From Lytechinus pictus (taxonomy: Eukaryota): a stretch of DNA of 64,000 bases. The stretch is from contig NC_087245.1 of assembly GCF_037042905.1 (NCBI RefSeq), positions 1,924,001 to 1,988,000 of the forward strand. The letters are read 5' to 3'. Each line of letters starts with the position of its first letter. The stretch's first letter is position 1. This document shows positions 43,175 to 56,500 of the stretch, in pieces. The notes below the pieces were generated by a model. The model worked only from the letters and a program-made list of their open reading frames with translations, was not told the origin of the DNA and did no database searches. The translations under genes and the position numbers were made by a program.

Positions 43175-46100
43175 GTGATGGCTGTAAACACAAATTTCCC
43201 ATTTTCTGATATAGATAATGATGAATTACACGATACTTTCCAGGCTGCCTTTAATTCGAAGTTTGATGAACATGATGAATGTAAAAATTCTGTTTTTCAT
43301 GACTCCGTAGCTCAAACTCTCAATGCACAAGCTAATCTTGATTCTCTTTCTGATCCTAATGATAATACGTATCAACATACCCCCTCGCTCTATTTTACTG
43401 ATAAACAGATAGCGTCGAAACAACTTGACAACAGTAACTTTCTAATGCTACATTGCAACATTCGCAGTGCCAACAAAAATTTTGAATCACTTCGTTCCCT
43501 TTTATTGAATTCTAAGCTCTTTTGTTCTGTGATAGGTTTGTCAGAAACGTGGTTTTCCCACTCTACTCAACTATCCTTTTATACGCTGCCAGGTTATAAT
43601 TTGGTCACAAATAATAGAATAGGGAAATCAGGTGGAGGCGTTGCTCTTTTTGTATCCCAACAATTCGATTACAGGTTAAGGCCTGATCTTACTTTAATGA
43701 ATGATGCTATTGAAACACTTTTTGTTGAAATTCTTTTGCCCAACGACAAACATATTCTGGTTGGAACGATTTACAGGCCGCCTAACTCCTCCCACGATGA
43801 CTTTTTAAATACATTCCATGGGTTATTGGCACTCCATGAGATGGTCAATAAAACGTGTTTTTTACTCGGCGATTTCAATATTGACTTACTAAAATACGAT
43901 ACTGATACTTTTGTTCAAACTTTTTCGGATGTAATAATGACAGCAGGTTTCCTTCCTTTGATAACCAAGCCAACTCGAATCACAGGTACATCGGCTACTC
44001 TCATCGACAATATATTTACAAATACCAGAAGTACTCTCTCTACGGGAATAATTCTTTCTGATTTGACGGACCATTTTCCCATATTTTCGCATTTTAAACT
44101 AGATACCAACGCCACTGAACACAAAGTTGATCATAATACTCGACGTGATTTTTCTGAAAATAATATGAATCTGTTCAATGAAGAGTTAGGAAATGTTGAC
44201 TGGTCAGGAATTTACAGTATTCAAAATGCCGAGGATGCATTTGACGCTTTTATGAATAAATTGAATCCATTAATGAATAGCTCTTTTCCCGTAGTGCGAT
44301 TCAAACGCTCTAATTACAAAAAGGTTCCAAGGTCCCCATGGATTACACCTAGCATTTTGCGCTCAATAAACAGAAAGAATAACCTTTACTTAAAAACTAT
44401 TTCAAAGCCTTGCGACAGTAATAGAAAAAAGTACACTGACTACAAAAATATTCTGACAGGTATACTGAGAAAATGTAAAAAGAATTATTTTCATAATCAA
44501 TTTGACCTCTATAGAAACGACGTTAAAAATACATGGAAAGTTATAAAAAACGTTATACAAGGTAACTTCAGAATGTCTACGCCCACGAAAATAAATGTTG
44601 ATGGTGAATTGGTAGAGGATCCCCTTGCCTTGGCAAATGTTTTTAATGACTATTTTGCATCCGTAGGCCAAAATCTTGCCAGCACAATCCCTGCCTCTTC
44701 TAAACACTTCACATCTTTTCTTAATGTCCCTAATCCAAATTCGATATATTTCACACCAACAGACGTAAAAGAACTAGCTGATATAATTTCTGGACTAAAG
44801 AATAAAATGAGTTCAGGATGTGACGATATAAGTAACATTCTCCTGAAAAGAAACCTGATACACATTATTAAACCTTTGACTTATATCTTTAATTTGTCTC
44901 TTTCTACAGGAGTTGTACCTTCTTCATTAAAGCAAGCCCGAGTAATCCCCATTTTTAAAAAAGGCGACAACGCCGTGTTGGGAAATTATCGCCCCATATC
45001 ATTATTGACATGCCTTTCGAAGGTTTTGGAAAAAGTAATTTTTGTACGCACGACAAAGTTTCTTAATATACATAAATTGTTTTATCCCCTGCAGTTTGGT
45101 TTTCGCGAAAAACATAGTACTACTCATGCCCTGTTGTCAACGATTAATAAGATTGCCAATGGAATTGACAAGTATGAGCATACTGTTGGGGTGTTCCTGG
45201 ACTTCTCCAAGGCTTTCGACACAATCAACCATGATATCCTTTTATACAAGCTTAATTATTATGGAATCAGAGGGATAGCCTTGGAGTGGTTCAGGAACTA
45301 CCTCAGCAGTAGGCAGCAATATGTTTCCATAGCAAATGTAGATTCCCCTCCCAAATCTATCTCATGTGGAGTCCCTCAAGGCTCAATCTTGGGTCCGCTT
45401 CTTTTTTTGGTCTACATTAATGATTTTTATAAATCATCAAGTACTTTATCATTCATTCTTTTTGCCGACGACTCAAATATATTTTTTTCTCATAAAGACC
45501 CCAAACATTTACTTGACACACTTAATAAAGAATTAAAACTAGTCTCAGAGTGGATCAAAGCCAACAAATTATCGCTTAATCTCACTAAAACAAATTACAT
45601 GCTCTTCAGCAATATCATTGATGAACTCCCAGGTAACATTATTTTTGATAATATTAATATTCAAAGAGTATTAAGTACGAAATTTCTAGGAGTAACTATC
45701 GACGACAGACTGTCATGGAAAGAACATATAGATAACACATGCAAAATAATTTCACGGAATATTGGAATTATAAATAAAGTTAAATTCTATTTTCCGACTC
45801 GTATATTATTAAACTTATACTCTACGCTGATACTCCCGCATTTGAACTTTTGTATTATTGCATGGGGGAGTTGTGCTGATTTTCATTTGAATAGACTTTT
45901 ACTACTTCAGAAAAAAGCTTTGCGCGTTATTTGCCATTCTCATTATCGGGCACATACGAATGTTCTTTTTAAAACTCATGGAATTCTTAAGATACATGAT
46001 CTTTACCATTATAATCTTGGATCTTTTATGTTCAACCTTAGTAAAGATGAACTACCAGACGTATTTTATTCTATGTTCACACGAAATATCAATGTACATC

Positions 46101-46306
46101 ACTACCTTACAAGATCTGCTGGACTTTTCCATTTACCTAGAACGAGGACATTATTAACAAACAAACTGTTTATATCTTCTGGTATCAAACTTTGGAATTC
46201 ACTTCCGCAAACTTTACGAAATAAGCCAACTATTCATAGCTTCAATAGAGCACTTAAAAAAAATCTAACCAATAACTATAACACTCACATCATTCATCCT
46301 ACTTAG
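43175..46306 (+). CDS. LINE ORF2: apurinic-like endonuclease + reverse transcriptase (L2/CR1 group)
   Basis: Uninterrupted 1043-aa ORF (first ATG 43178). APE motifs HCNIRS, LSETW, GDFN, TLIDNIF, SDLTDHFPI; RT motifs NYRPISLL, QFGFR, LDFSKAFD, GVPQGSILGP, FADD, FLGV. Confidence 0.97.
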   Translation: MMAVNTNFPFSDIDNDELHDTFQAAFNSKFDEHDECKNSVFHDSVAQTLNAQANLDSLSDPNDNTYQHTPSLYFTDKQIASKQLDNSNFLMLHCNIRSANKNFESLRSLLLNSKLFCSVIGLSETWFSHSTQLSFYTLPGYNLVTNNRIGKSGGGVALFVSQQFDYRLRPDLTLMNDAIETLFVEILLPNDKHILVGTIYRPPNSSHDDFLNTFHGLLALHEMVNKTCFLLGDFNIDLLKYDTDTFVQTFSDVIMTAGFLPLITKPTRITGTSATLIDNIFTNTRSTLSTGIILSDLTDHFPIFSHFKLDTNATEHKVDHNTRRDFSENNMNLFNEELGNVDWSGIYSIQNAEDAFDAFMNKLNPLMNSSFPVVRFKRSNYKKVPRSPWITPSILRSINRKNNLYLKTISKPCDSNRKKYTDYKNILTGILRKCKKNYFHNQFDLYRNDVKNTWKVIKNVIQGNFRMSTPTKINVDGELVEDPLALANVFNDYFASVGQNLASTIPASSKHFTSFLNVPNPNSIYFTPTDVKELADIISGLKNKMSSGCDDISNILLKRNLIHIIKPLTYIFNLSLSTGVVPSSLKQARVIPIFKKGDNAVLGNYRPISLLTCLSKVLEKVIFVRTTKFLNIHKLFYPLQFGFREKHSTTHALLSTINKIANGIDKYEHTVGVFLDFSKAFDTINHDILLYKLNYYGIRGIALEWFRNYLSSRQQYVSIANVDSPPKSISCGVPQGSILGPLLFLVYINDFYKSSSTLSFILFADDSNIFFSHKDPKHLLDTLNKELKLVSEWIKANKLSLNLTKTNYMLFSNIIDELPGNIIFDNINIQRVLSTKFLGVTIDDRLSWKEHIDNTCKIISRNIGIINKVKFYFPTRILLNLYSTLILPHLNFCIIAWGSCADFHLNRLLLLQKKALRVICHSHYRAHTNVLFKTHGILKIHDLYHYNLGSFMFNLSKDELPDVFYSMFTRNINVHHYLTRSAGLFHLPRTRTLLTNKLFISSGIKLWNSLPQTLRNKPTIHSFNRALKKNLTNNYNTHIIHPT

Positions 46307-46987
46307 GATATCTTGTGGATCTTCTGTTCTTCTGGATTCCCCCCTCCCCCACCCTGCCTTTATTTCGCTTCTTTTCCCGTCTCCTTTCTTTCGCTCTACC
46401 TGTTTTTTTTGGGTTTTTTTTCTTTCCTTCTTCTTTCTTTCTTTCACTCGTTTTTGTCCTTTGTTTTGTTGTTGTCGTTGTCTTTTTTTTTCAATTTGTC
46501 TGTTCTTGTAATACTTCGTCTGTCTTGTTTTGGTATAACTTTTTGTCATGTCTTGATCTTGTACCGTTCTGTCACGTCCTGATTTCGTAACGTTTTGTCT
46601 GGTGTGTCCTTTTCACTTTTTCTTCATATCTTGTAAGATAATCCAGCCTTGTTTATTTTTTACTTGGGAGAATATGTAAAAAAAAAAAATACATTTAACA
46701 AGGATTTACATATAATTTTTACATATAATTTTTACAAGAAAGATATGATGACTTGTTTATTGTATCTATTTTGAATTTCAACAAGAACGATATGATTAGT
46801 ATATTATATATATATATTTGTTTTTTGCATTAAGTCTTATTTATTAAAGGAAACCTTCAATAACAAGCTTTGCTTTCCAGAAGTTTCCTATTTCATTTCA
46901 AAATGTTATATTATATTTTGCTTTACTTTGTAACTTTGTTGAAATTTTGGAATGAATAAATTCGTTGTCAATCAATCAATCAATCAA
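43175..46987 (+). mobile_element. L2/CR1-group non-LTR retrotransposon (ORF2 + T-rich 3' UTR + (CAAT)n tail); 5' boundary undetermined
   Basis: ORF2, then about 680 bp of T-rich UTR, a hairpin ggaaac...acaagctttgctt...gtttcc (about 46849-46888), AATAAA and tcaatcaatcaatcaatcaa ending at about 46987. No ORF1 recognised upstream. Confidence 0.88.
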
Positions 46988-47376
46988 GAAAAATCACCTG
47001 GTAAATCGATGGTTTTTTCAGAATAAAGATGACGGAGTCGGTGTTACTCATGAACCAACCCCTCCACCTACGCCAACATCCAATTAGAAAAACGTCAACG
47101 CCCTTAAAAAAATGCCTAGAATAAAAAACATTACATTTCGAAAACGTTATTGGGTCCAAGGTTTAATCCAGATTTAAGAAAAGGGGAGATTACTGACGTA
47201 GACCGAAGTAGGCTGCATCGGTGGTTGAAAATAAAAGAAGAAGTTGAATGCATGGTTAGGTTTCAACAATACAAGAAACTACACCCCCGATCGGTAGTGA
47301 CGAGCAGAACCTGATCTGTGCTGTTACGTACGTACATCCGATATTCACGAAGAAAGTGCAATAATGCAAGGATGAT

Positions 47377-47500
47377 ATGGAGAAGATACCCTCTAATTCA
47401 ATGTTAATAGGAAAATTCAAGATGCCAAGATCACCTCGGAATTACACATATATTTTAGTCATTTTATCTACTTTCGCAATATCATTAGTCAATGGACAAG
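47377..47500 (+). CDS. putative first coding exon (signal peptide) of the LRP2-like gene
   Basis: [26 protein letters not shown] from ATG 47422 (in-frame upstream ATG at 47377); strong donor AAG|gtaag, phase 1, matching the next exon. Confidence 0.75.
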
Positions 47501-50500
47501 GTAAGCATCATTCATATGTTTCATTTATTGTTTATATTTCTGTCAGTTACATAATAGTTCGAATATTTCATTCTGTACAGACGCAAGACGGGAGCAGACC
47601 AGAATATTGGATTTAAGTTTTGCTCAATCACATAACTTACATGCAGATGTCAAGGGAATTGGTCTCATGTTTTCCGATATTCTGAACAAAAAGGCATTAG
47701 TCAAAAGTGTGATATACAAAACACAATATCTAATCTATCATTTTGTGCACTTGAAATGATTAATTAGATATGTATTTGTCATATTGCAATTGATTGATTG
47801 AATTATTTTTTTTAAATATATATAATTAAGTATTATGATAAGGGGTAGAAGTAGAAGAACAAATGGGAAGATGAAGTTGACGTATACGATTGTGGTGATG
47901 ATGGTGGTGATGGTAATAGTAATGTTGGCCATGGTGGTGGTGGTGATGATGTTGGTGACATTGATTCATGTAGTAATGCTTATGATGGCGGTGGTTGGTG
48001 ATGGTAATGATGATGTTGATGGTAGTGGTAGTGGTGGTGATAAGATGATAGTGGTAGTGTTGGTAATGGTGATTATGATGGTGGTGGTGGTATTGATGGT
48101 AATGATTATGGTGATGTTGATGGTGATGATAATATTGGTTTTGGTGTAGGTGATGAGAGGAGGAGGATGATGATGATGATGACGATGATGAGGATGGTGG
48201 TGGTAATGTTTTTGTGTTGGTAATGGTAATGATAGTGGTGGTTGTGGTACGTGGTAGTTATGATGATGGTAGTGATGGTTATGATAATGGTGAAGTTAGT
48301 AATGGCGATTGCAATGATGATGGTGTTCATGATGGTAATGATGATGCTGTTGGTAAGGATGGTTATGGTAGTGATGATGGTAATGGTTATGATAGTGGTA
48401 ATGGTGAAAGTGGTAACTGTAATGGAAATGATGTTGGTGATGATGATGATAATGATGATGGTGATGGTTATGGTAATGATGATGGTGTTGGTGGTTATGG
48501 TAATGATGATGGTGATATTTAAGTAATGATGCTGGTAATGGTGGTGTGGAGATGTCGAAAAAATCACTACAATTATCAGCATTTTATACTTTATTATATC
48601 GCCACTTCTAACATCACCGCTACTACATACACCACTACTACCACTAGTGCTGCTACCACCACCACCAAAACCACCACTAGTCAACAGAACTAATATGTAT
48701 ATCAAATTTATAATCATTATAAGACAAACAATTTTTTTGTAGGTTCAAGTTTCCCTCTTAAGCAACGATGCTGATTCCACATGTTCAGGGTGGAATTAAT
48801 CGTTGTTTCCCTTGACAATGATTTCAAAAAATATTACATATTTTAGATAATAAGATGCAAGGGAAGTGGTGAATGGATAACGTCATCAGTCTCCTCGTTT
48901 GCATACCGACCAGGTTGTGCATATAGCCGTTTTGTGAAATTAAGCAGGGCTTTAAAATGCCATAGATTTCTTGTTTTGCATCTGATTTTGATGAAGTTTG
49001 GTGTGTTATGCTAGTTGGATTGTTCTCTATTTGTTAGAATCAGCTTTTAGTTGGGATGGACTAGAAATATGCATTGAATATGACTGCTCGCTCGTCCCGG
49101 GACTCCTCCTGCTTTTTATTTACTTTAATACCGTGACTCTTTCTTTTTAAATCATCCTTAGCTTTCACCACCACCATCACTTTCCCGATTTGAGTGTTTT
49201 CCCTTTAGTATACACGTTCACTCTTTACATTGAGTTATTTCATGTTTGATGGTTTTTTAACCAGATGTACTGCTACATGTTTACATACCTGTGAATTGTA
49301 CATAATTGTACATTAGTGCAATGATAATAAAACCTTTTCAATTTCAATTTCAACGATGTGATTCGATTATCTAGGATACTATATTACAGTACAGTTGTGT
49401 GTAAGAGCACAACATTATATCGAAATATCTAAAGTTCAAAACATAATATATTCTGCATCAGACCAAATCTACAGAGTATTTAAGCTTTTATGAATCTTAT
49501 CTTGAAAATACAAATGCCTATAGTTAAGATTTTTTTAATAGTCTTTAAACCATCATAAATAACAAAATAAATGGCAAATGATAATGTTTGAAGATCGGCA
49601 TTAGCAGTAAAGCCTATACCATGTTATCTCCGTGCCATTACTCCTGAATGGAGTATTATGATCGTGTATGTTCAAGCGCCAGATCACGGTTGAAAATTAA
49701 ACCACTAAAAGGACTATAAAAACCTTAAGCTAAAATGTTTACATGGTTGTTTATATTTTAACTTCTATACAATTTGTATGCGCTAATGGAAATCATGGTT
49801 GAAGAGATTCTTCTGCATAATCCAAATGTTACATAATAACATTAATAGAGCAGCTATTTGCAAAGGACTTCCTTAAAGCCATCTTTGTTTGATGCCATTG
49901 TCAGGTGCGGAACCACTGTGGTCAAGTTCATAAGAATGCATTCCTTGTGATTTCTTCATTGTTAAATTCTTTGAACACGTTCAGTTCGGCATTGTCTTTG
50001 AACGTACCCAACCGCCTTTTAATCACTTACGTCATCATTCATCTAGTAATTTTTTTTTAGCAAGAAAACATCGGACAGCACGTTTGAAAAGTAATCTCTT
50101 ATTTTTTTTGTTCAGAGAAAGCATTTATTAAACCGTATTCATATACATGTACGAAGGAAGTGATACAAGGTGGATGATGCCGACAATATATATATTTTTG
50201 TATATATTGGCGAAGAAGCTCAAAAAGCATTGAAGCTAGAGACGTAGCCTGGATTTCTTCAATTTTTATTAGTACAAGCTTTCGGCCATTTAGTTGGGCC
50301 TTCTTCAGGTATCTGAAGATGTACAAGACATAATGGCTTTACAATTACCATGCATATATTTGGATTAATCTACTAAATATAGGTATATCTTAAAAGAAAA
50401 TGTTTTACATCGGTAATGTTTAATTAATTAATATGTTTGTATATGTATATAGTTTTTGTCTATATATCAGCCACGGTTAAAATAATACTTTGATATTTGT

Positions 50501-53500
50501 TTATATAAATAATTGGCCTATTTTTCTTTGTTCAAAGTACATAGCTGTACTGCCTTCCTTATTTTGATGGAATTTCTCCTGCGTATAATGTGACATTCTT
50601 ATCTATGAATTGACCTGAAATAGTACGAGGATTGTCTTTTTTATGGCTTCTGTCAAATCACATCAACGATGTTTAGCATTTCTTATTTTATTACTATCTC
50701 TCTCAAATACATGTAGGCATAAGTAACGAATTTACCAACACTTTTTAAAGTTTTACTTTTTATGAAATCAATTTGTTTCTCTTTATTTTGATGAATCATC
50801 TTGTAGAAATCCAGAAGTATAATAAACACTATTTGATACAATAGATTGGAAAGTATTTGTCACGAGGTTGATGCAATATGAAGACTACTGAGGGTCTTTT
50901 TAATACAGTTCAGGAAATTCCATTCGGTCCATGGAACTACTATTGTACACAATAGATCGTGGCCTGAGAAGGGTAGGACAGTTACGTAATTATCCTTTCT
51001 CTGCTGCCGAATAGGTGAATAAGAATTGGAGGGTTTTGTTATGCTAATGCACCCGTTTAGTTCTGGGCTTGCATGCTATAACACAGCGAGACCTTACATG
51101 TCTTAATCCCTGTCCCTGTGTGTTAACCTGAATATGGTCATGAAATCTTAAGATCGTGCAAACGTAACGATACGTCATCGTATCTATCATTCACCTTAAA
51201 ATGTTCTTCCATTCACCTTAGAATGTAATGGGCGTATCCGAAAAAAACTAAAAACTTTTCTTGACAAAACATGTAAGTTACAACGAAAACCATATTTCTT
51301 AATAGAACGGTATTGATTCCATATTGAAGTTTCCAGGGCAATGCATCGCTGAACACAATTCCTCTGAAAATATGCTTAAAAATCAAAAGTATGAAACATT
51401 TTTTAATCAATGGCGATAAAGCAACTGCATAATTTCATTCATTCTTCACGATAAGTGCACTTTGCATATTATATTTATGTGCAGTGGAAGTGAAACAACA
51501 GTTCAATTTGCACTATTTTTTCAGAATAATATTTTTCATTTATATAATGATGCTCATTCATCCTACAAACCACATTAAGGTATCTTTAAAAAAAAAATGT
51601 TAATAGGTCGTTCTTTCGCGTGATTTATGTTTCGTGATTATTAATTTGATGATAGGCGCCTATTCTTCTAAGAGCGTTCGTGCTACTAAAAGCTGATTGA
51701 AATGTTATCGGGAGAGAACAAGACCGTGTTTGTCTGTCTTGCTTGTACATGTAATTAGCATAAAAAAGACTTCAATATGCTTCAGTTATAGGAGGCACGT
51801 ACAATATATTAAATAACGTTGCTTTTTCCATCATTAGTTTCATATATAGGCATTGCCCATAAAAACGACCTTGCTACGCATTTATAATGAGACTCGTCAT
51901 CGTCCATACATTTTAGATTACTTCTAAATAAATTCCCCTGAACAGATTCGTATTGTGTAATTATGTATCTTCTGTTTGTATCCATAAGGGAACTAATTAG
52001 CTTAAGATTGGAAGACATGTTTCTTTGGTACTTCATGAACACAATATGCAGGCCTTTACCCCGTGATAACCATAAATCGTCGATGTGTACATTTATTGTA
52101 TTACCCACTTATCATATCATGGTAACATGGGTCTATGTAAATAATCTAAATTAAGAATGGATGAATGTTTATCAATATCTTTCGCTTCCCCAAACACACA
52201 TATTTTAAGCTTGTATTTTTAAATGCAAAATATGCACTCATATCTGAATTAAAAAAAAAACAGAGCTTCAGACATTTTAGTTTAACTTTTAAGTAAAATG
52301 ACAGTTATTGGATTATAATTTTTTTTTAAATCAGTAAAATTCAAATGAGATCGGAAAGAGATCGGAAGTAAAATTGAAAATTTATTTTTGGGATTCTTTA
52401 TTCAGAAATAAAATGTTCAAATTGCCAGCACATATGTTTGTACGTGTACAAATTCCTTATTCATGTTAACTTTGTTCAATGTTTTGTAATATTTCTCTGA
52501 ATTTATTTCAATTACAGTCTTCTCTGATCAAAAAATATTTTACATGAGTAACCGTCTTTATAAACTAACAAATTTCATGATTTGATATTTCAAGATCAAT
52601 CGTCTCCTTGTCTTTATTTCTAGTTCCAACATGTGATAATTTCAATGGAGGATGTAGTGATATATGTACGCCCCTATCTGCATCAGGAGGAGTAATATGT
52701 TCGTGTACAGACAACAAAACGTTAGCCAACAATAACAGAGTCTGTGTCCGTAAGTATCAGTCCTTTCCTTGTATACGCACCCCTAATTATTCAACCAGTT
52801 ATTAAGTTCAATTTTCTCCCCAGTTTCATATGGCATTTCTCATGCTTATACCAATGAAATAAAAATTATTAGGCTACTCACCAAATATGAGAGTGATATA
52901 AGTAAGATGAATGAACGACTAGAAATGAACAAAAAGGGCAATTTAGGAGAAGGATCCTGTCTGATTTTTCATAGCTTATTTAAGAGTTTAACACACACAC
53001 ACATAGACCATAGCATAGCATTCACTCCGTTCCTACGCCTAAATAGACAAACCACATCTTCATGTTCGTAGAATGAATGCACCCAAATATTTAAATTATT
53101 ATCTTAAAAACATTGTCCATTATTACAGCACCAGATACAAAAGTTTGTGATGGATCGACCCAGTTTACATGTGCCAATGGAGATAAATGTATACCACTCA
53201 TCCAGGCTTGTGACATCACTGATGACTGCGGGGACGAGTCTGATGAGGGAACTAACTACTGCTGTGAGTATGAACATTGTCACATAAAGATGTAAACATT
53301 GCACCTCAATCTTTCAAGCTCACAATCTGCTTTAATTTTGAATAGGTAACGGTGTCCAACTAGAAAAATGTATTTCAGATGGATGCAGTTCAGAAACGTT
53401 CTGGGTGTACCGTGTTTTTTTTTCATAGACTTAAAGTTAATGCTTAATTATAAATTTTGTTTTATTTTATGATGCAAGACACTGGTGAAACCGTTGATTT

Positions 53501-56500
53501 CAGTAATGAAATCTCTATTTTTCATCATCAAGATGAGTAGGCCTATGTAGGAATCCTTTATTGATCTTAATCAAAGCAGCTTCCATTTTCCAAATCAGGC
53601 ATTAAAACCCGGGTTAAAACCATTCTTTCTCATTTTATGTCGAAACAGTTTTATTCAGAGGCCACCACGAATGAACAAGGGAATGGGCAGGTAGTAAATA
53701 GTGGCTGTGATAACGGCACTATCACTCTTCTATCGTTCGCCTTGCTCGCTTACACATTTCACTCATCCTAATCGTAATATAAATTTATACCTAATTGCAG
53801 CTGATAATTAATGCTATCAATTATTTTTTTTCTTTTGAACAGATGACCATAAATGCGGTGTAGATCAGTTCACATGTGACAACGGAAAATGTATTTATGA
53901 ACAGTTTAAATGTGATTTCTTCAATGATTGCTTCGATAACAGTGATGAAAACCCAGACATATGTGGTAGGTCTCTTTTTGTAGAAACAAAGGAAGGAATA
54001 ATTTGATATTGCATTTTGAAACTGAATAAGAAATTAATCAACGTAAAATCAAACGAGTTTATCAAGAGGCAAACGATTAAACTAAAGATTATTTATGATA
54101 AAACTAAATAAAGGCCTAGATACGAATGAAGAATTGTAATTTTTCGTATGTGAATGAGAGAACAACAGAATAAAACAAATGCATTTTGCTTAACTTCCAT
54201 TATTTTGGACTTTGAAACGTAATACTGAGCTTAAATGGTCAGGTTATCATCGTTGTTTTTTAAAACATATCTTGATTTTTTTTTCTTTCAGGATTTGTTA
54301 CATGTTCCCCTGGATCGTTTGCGTGTGCCAATGGTATCTGTATATCAAACACTTCTCTATGTAATGGTATTGATGAATGTTTAGATGGCATGGCTAGTGA
54401 TGAACTTGGTTGCCGTAAGTTACTTTGTATTTATTACAACACTCTTCCTCTCTATTTCGCTCACTTTCTCTTTCTCTCTAACATTTTCTCTCATATTATT
54501 TCTTCATCCTTTCATGAAATTAGAAACAAATTCCCTTCTCGTATTTTATCTTAGTGTCAGAATAATCTATTTTATTATTGAATAATCATGAATCATATGT
54601 ACACGATAGATTATTACTTTGTCTCTAATACTCTCATGTATTTTAATGCTAACCTGTATTATTGTATTCTTATCACTATAAATAAAGATAACTCAGTTGG
54701 ATTGAAATTTATTGCTTAAACAATGACAGCAAAATACGGTCTTCAATACCATTTCATTACGATGTCATTCAGATTAGAAAGGTATAAAATGCCATCTCCA
54801 ATTCCTCCATTTCTTCTATTACATTCCCACAGCCGACAGAACATGTTCCCCTGGTACTGTCCCGTGTGAGAACAGTAATATCTGTATTCCACCCCAGTGG
54901 CTGTGTGATCGATCTAATGACTGTGGTGATAACTCGGATGAAGACAGCTCTTTCTGCAGTAAGTATATGGGTGTAATGATTGTCCGAGGACCGTTACACT
55001 GGAGTGAGTGTATGGGTTTAATGATTGTCCGAGGACCGTTACACTGGAGTGAGTATATGGGTGTAATGATTGTTCGAGGACCGTTACACTGGAGTGAGTT
55101 TATGGGTGTAATGATTGTCCGAGGACCGTTACACTGGAGTGAGTATATGGGTGTAATGATTGTCCGAGGACCGTTACACTGGAGTGAGTTTATGGGTGTA
55201 ATGATTGTCCGAGGACCGTTACACTGGAGTGAGTATATGGATGTAATGATTGTCCGAGGACCGTAACACTGGAGTGAGTATATGGGTGTAATGATTGTCC
55301 GAGGACCGTTACACTGGAGTGAGTTTATGGGTGTAATGATTGTCCGAGGACCGTTACACTAGAGTGAGTATATGGGTGTAATGATTGTCCGAGGACCGTA
55401 ACACTGGAGTGAGTTTATGGGTGTAATGATTGTCCGAGGACCGTTACACTGGAGTGAGTTTATGGGTGTAATGATTGTCCGAGGACCGTTACACTGGAGT
55501 GAGTATATGGGTGTAATGATTGTCCGAGGACCGTTACACTGGAGTGAGTTTATGGGTGTAATGATTGTCCGAGGACCGTTACACTGGAGTGAGTATATGG
55601 GTGTAATGATTGTCCGAGGACCGTTACACTGGAGTGAGTTTATGGGTGTAATGATTGTCCGAGGACCGTTACACTTGAGTGAGTATATGGGTGTAATGAT
55701 TGTCAGAGGACCTTTACACTGGAGTGAGTTTATGGGTGTAATGATTGTCCGAGGACCGTTACACTGGAGTGAGTATATGGGTGTAATGATTGTCCGAGGC
55801 CAATACACAACCAAATTGTTTTAAGCCAGCCCCCCACCCCCGCATCTTAAAAGGTGACACTTAACTACATTTTCTACCAATCAGGAGTGCGTATGCGAGA
55901 CGTGCGTTGATTTGAGTTGTTTCTACACTTGGTCATTGTCGTCTACATATCAATTGACATGGATTAACAATATGTATCAAGGAGATATTTAATGTTCTAT
56001 CGCCATTACAAATTACTTTAAAAATATCAATATTAATTTATTGATAAAATAATCTTTTATAGCAAAACCCATGAAATTTCTATCCATCTCTTTGTCGAAT
56101 AGAATAATTTTACTAGAATAGCATTGATATAGATGTGCTCATTGAAAAATAACTTTATGAAGTAAGAACTAGGGAAACAGTTTGAACAAAAAAAAGAGAT
56201 AATATGACTGTCTTCTATACCCCCCCACCCCCCCCCCCCCCCCCCTCTGTAGGTCACATGTCTAGGTTTTTCAGTCAATCAGTCTTGGAATATGTCAAGA
56301 GTTAAGTTATTGTATTGTCAGATATGCTTTACCATAAATTGCATGGTTTTATGCCATGCTGTATAATTATTGAATATTTAATCTTATTGTAATCTATTCT
56401 TTTTAATGACCATATTGTATATTATAAGCTGAGATATTTAATTCATGTATACGTGAAGCGCATAGAGACTTCGTGTATTATGCGCTATATAAATGTAATT

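Noticed and set aside
47835..48717. Met/Val-, Asp/Gly- and Ile/Thr-rich ORFs that resemble biomineralisation proteins
   Set aside because: Open in several frames because of a degenerate GAT/GGT tract; no convincing splice sites; intronic
54967..55824. Standalone repeat-protein ORFs or a CRISPR-like array
   Set aside because: Head-to-tail 45-bp units with no unique spacers, in a eukaryotic intron; of interest only as a possible exon extension
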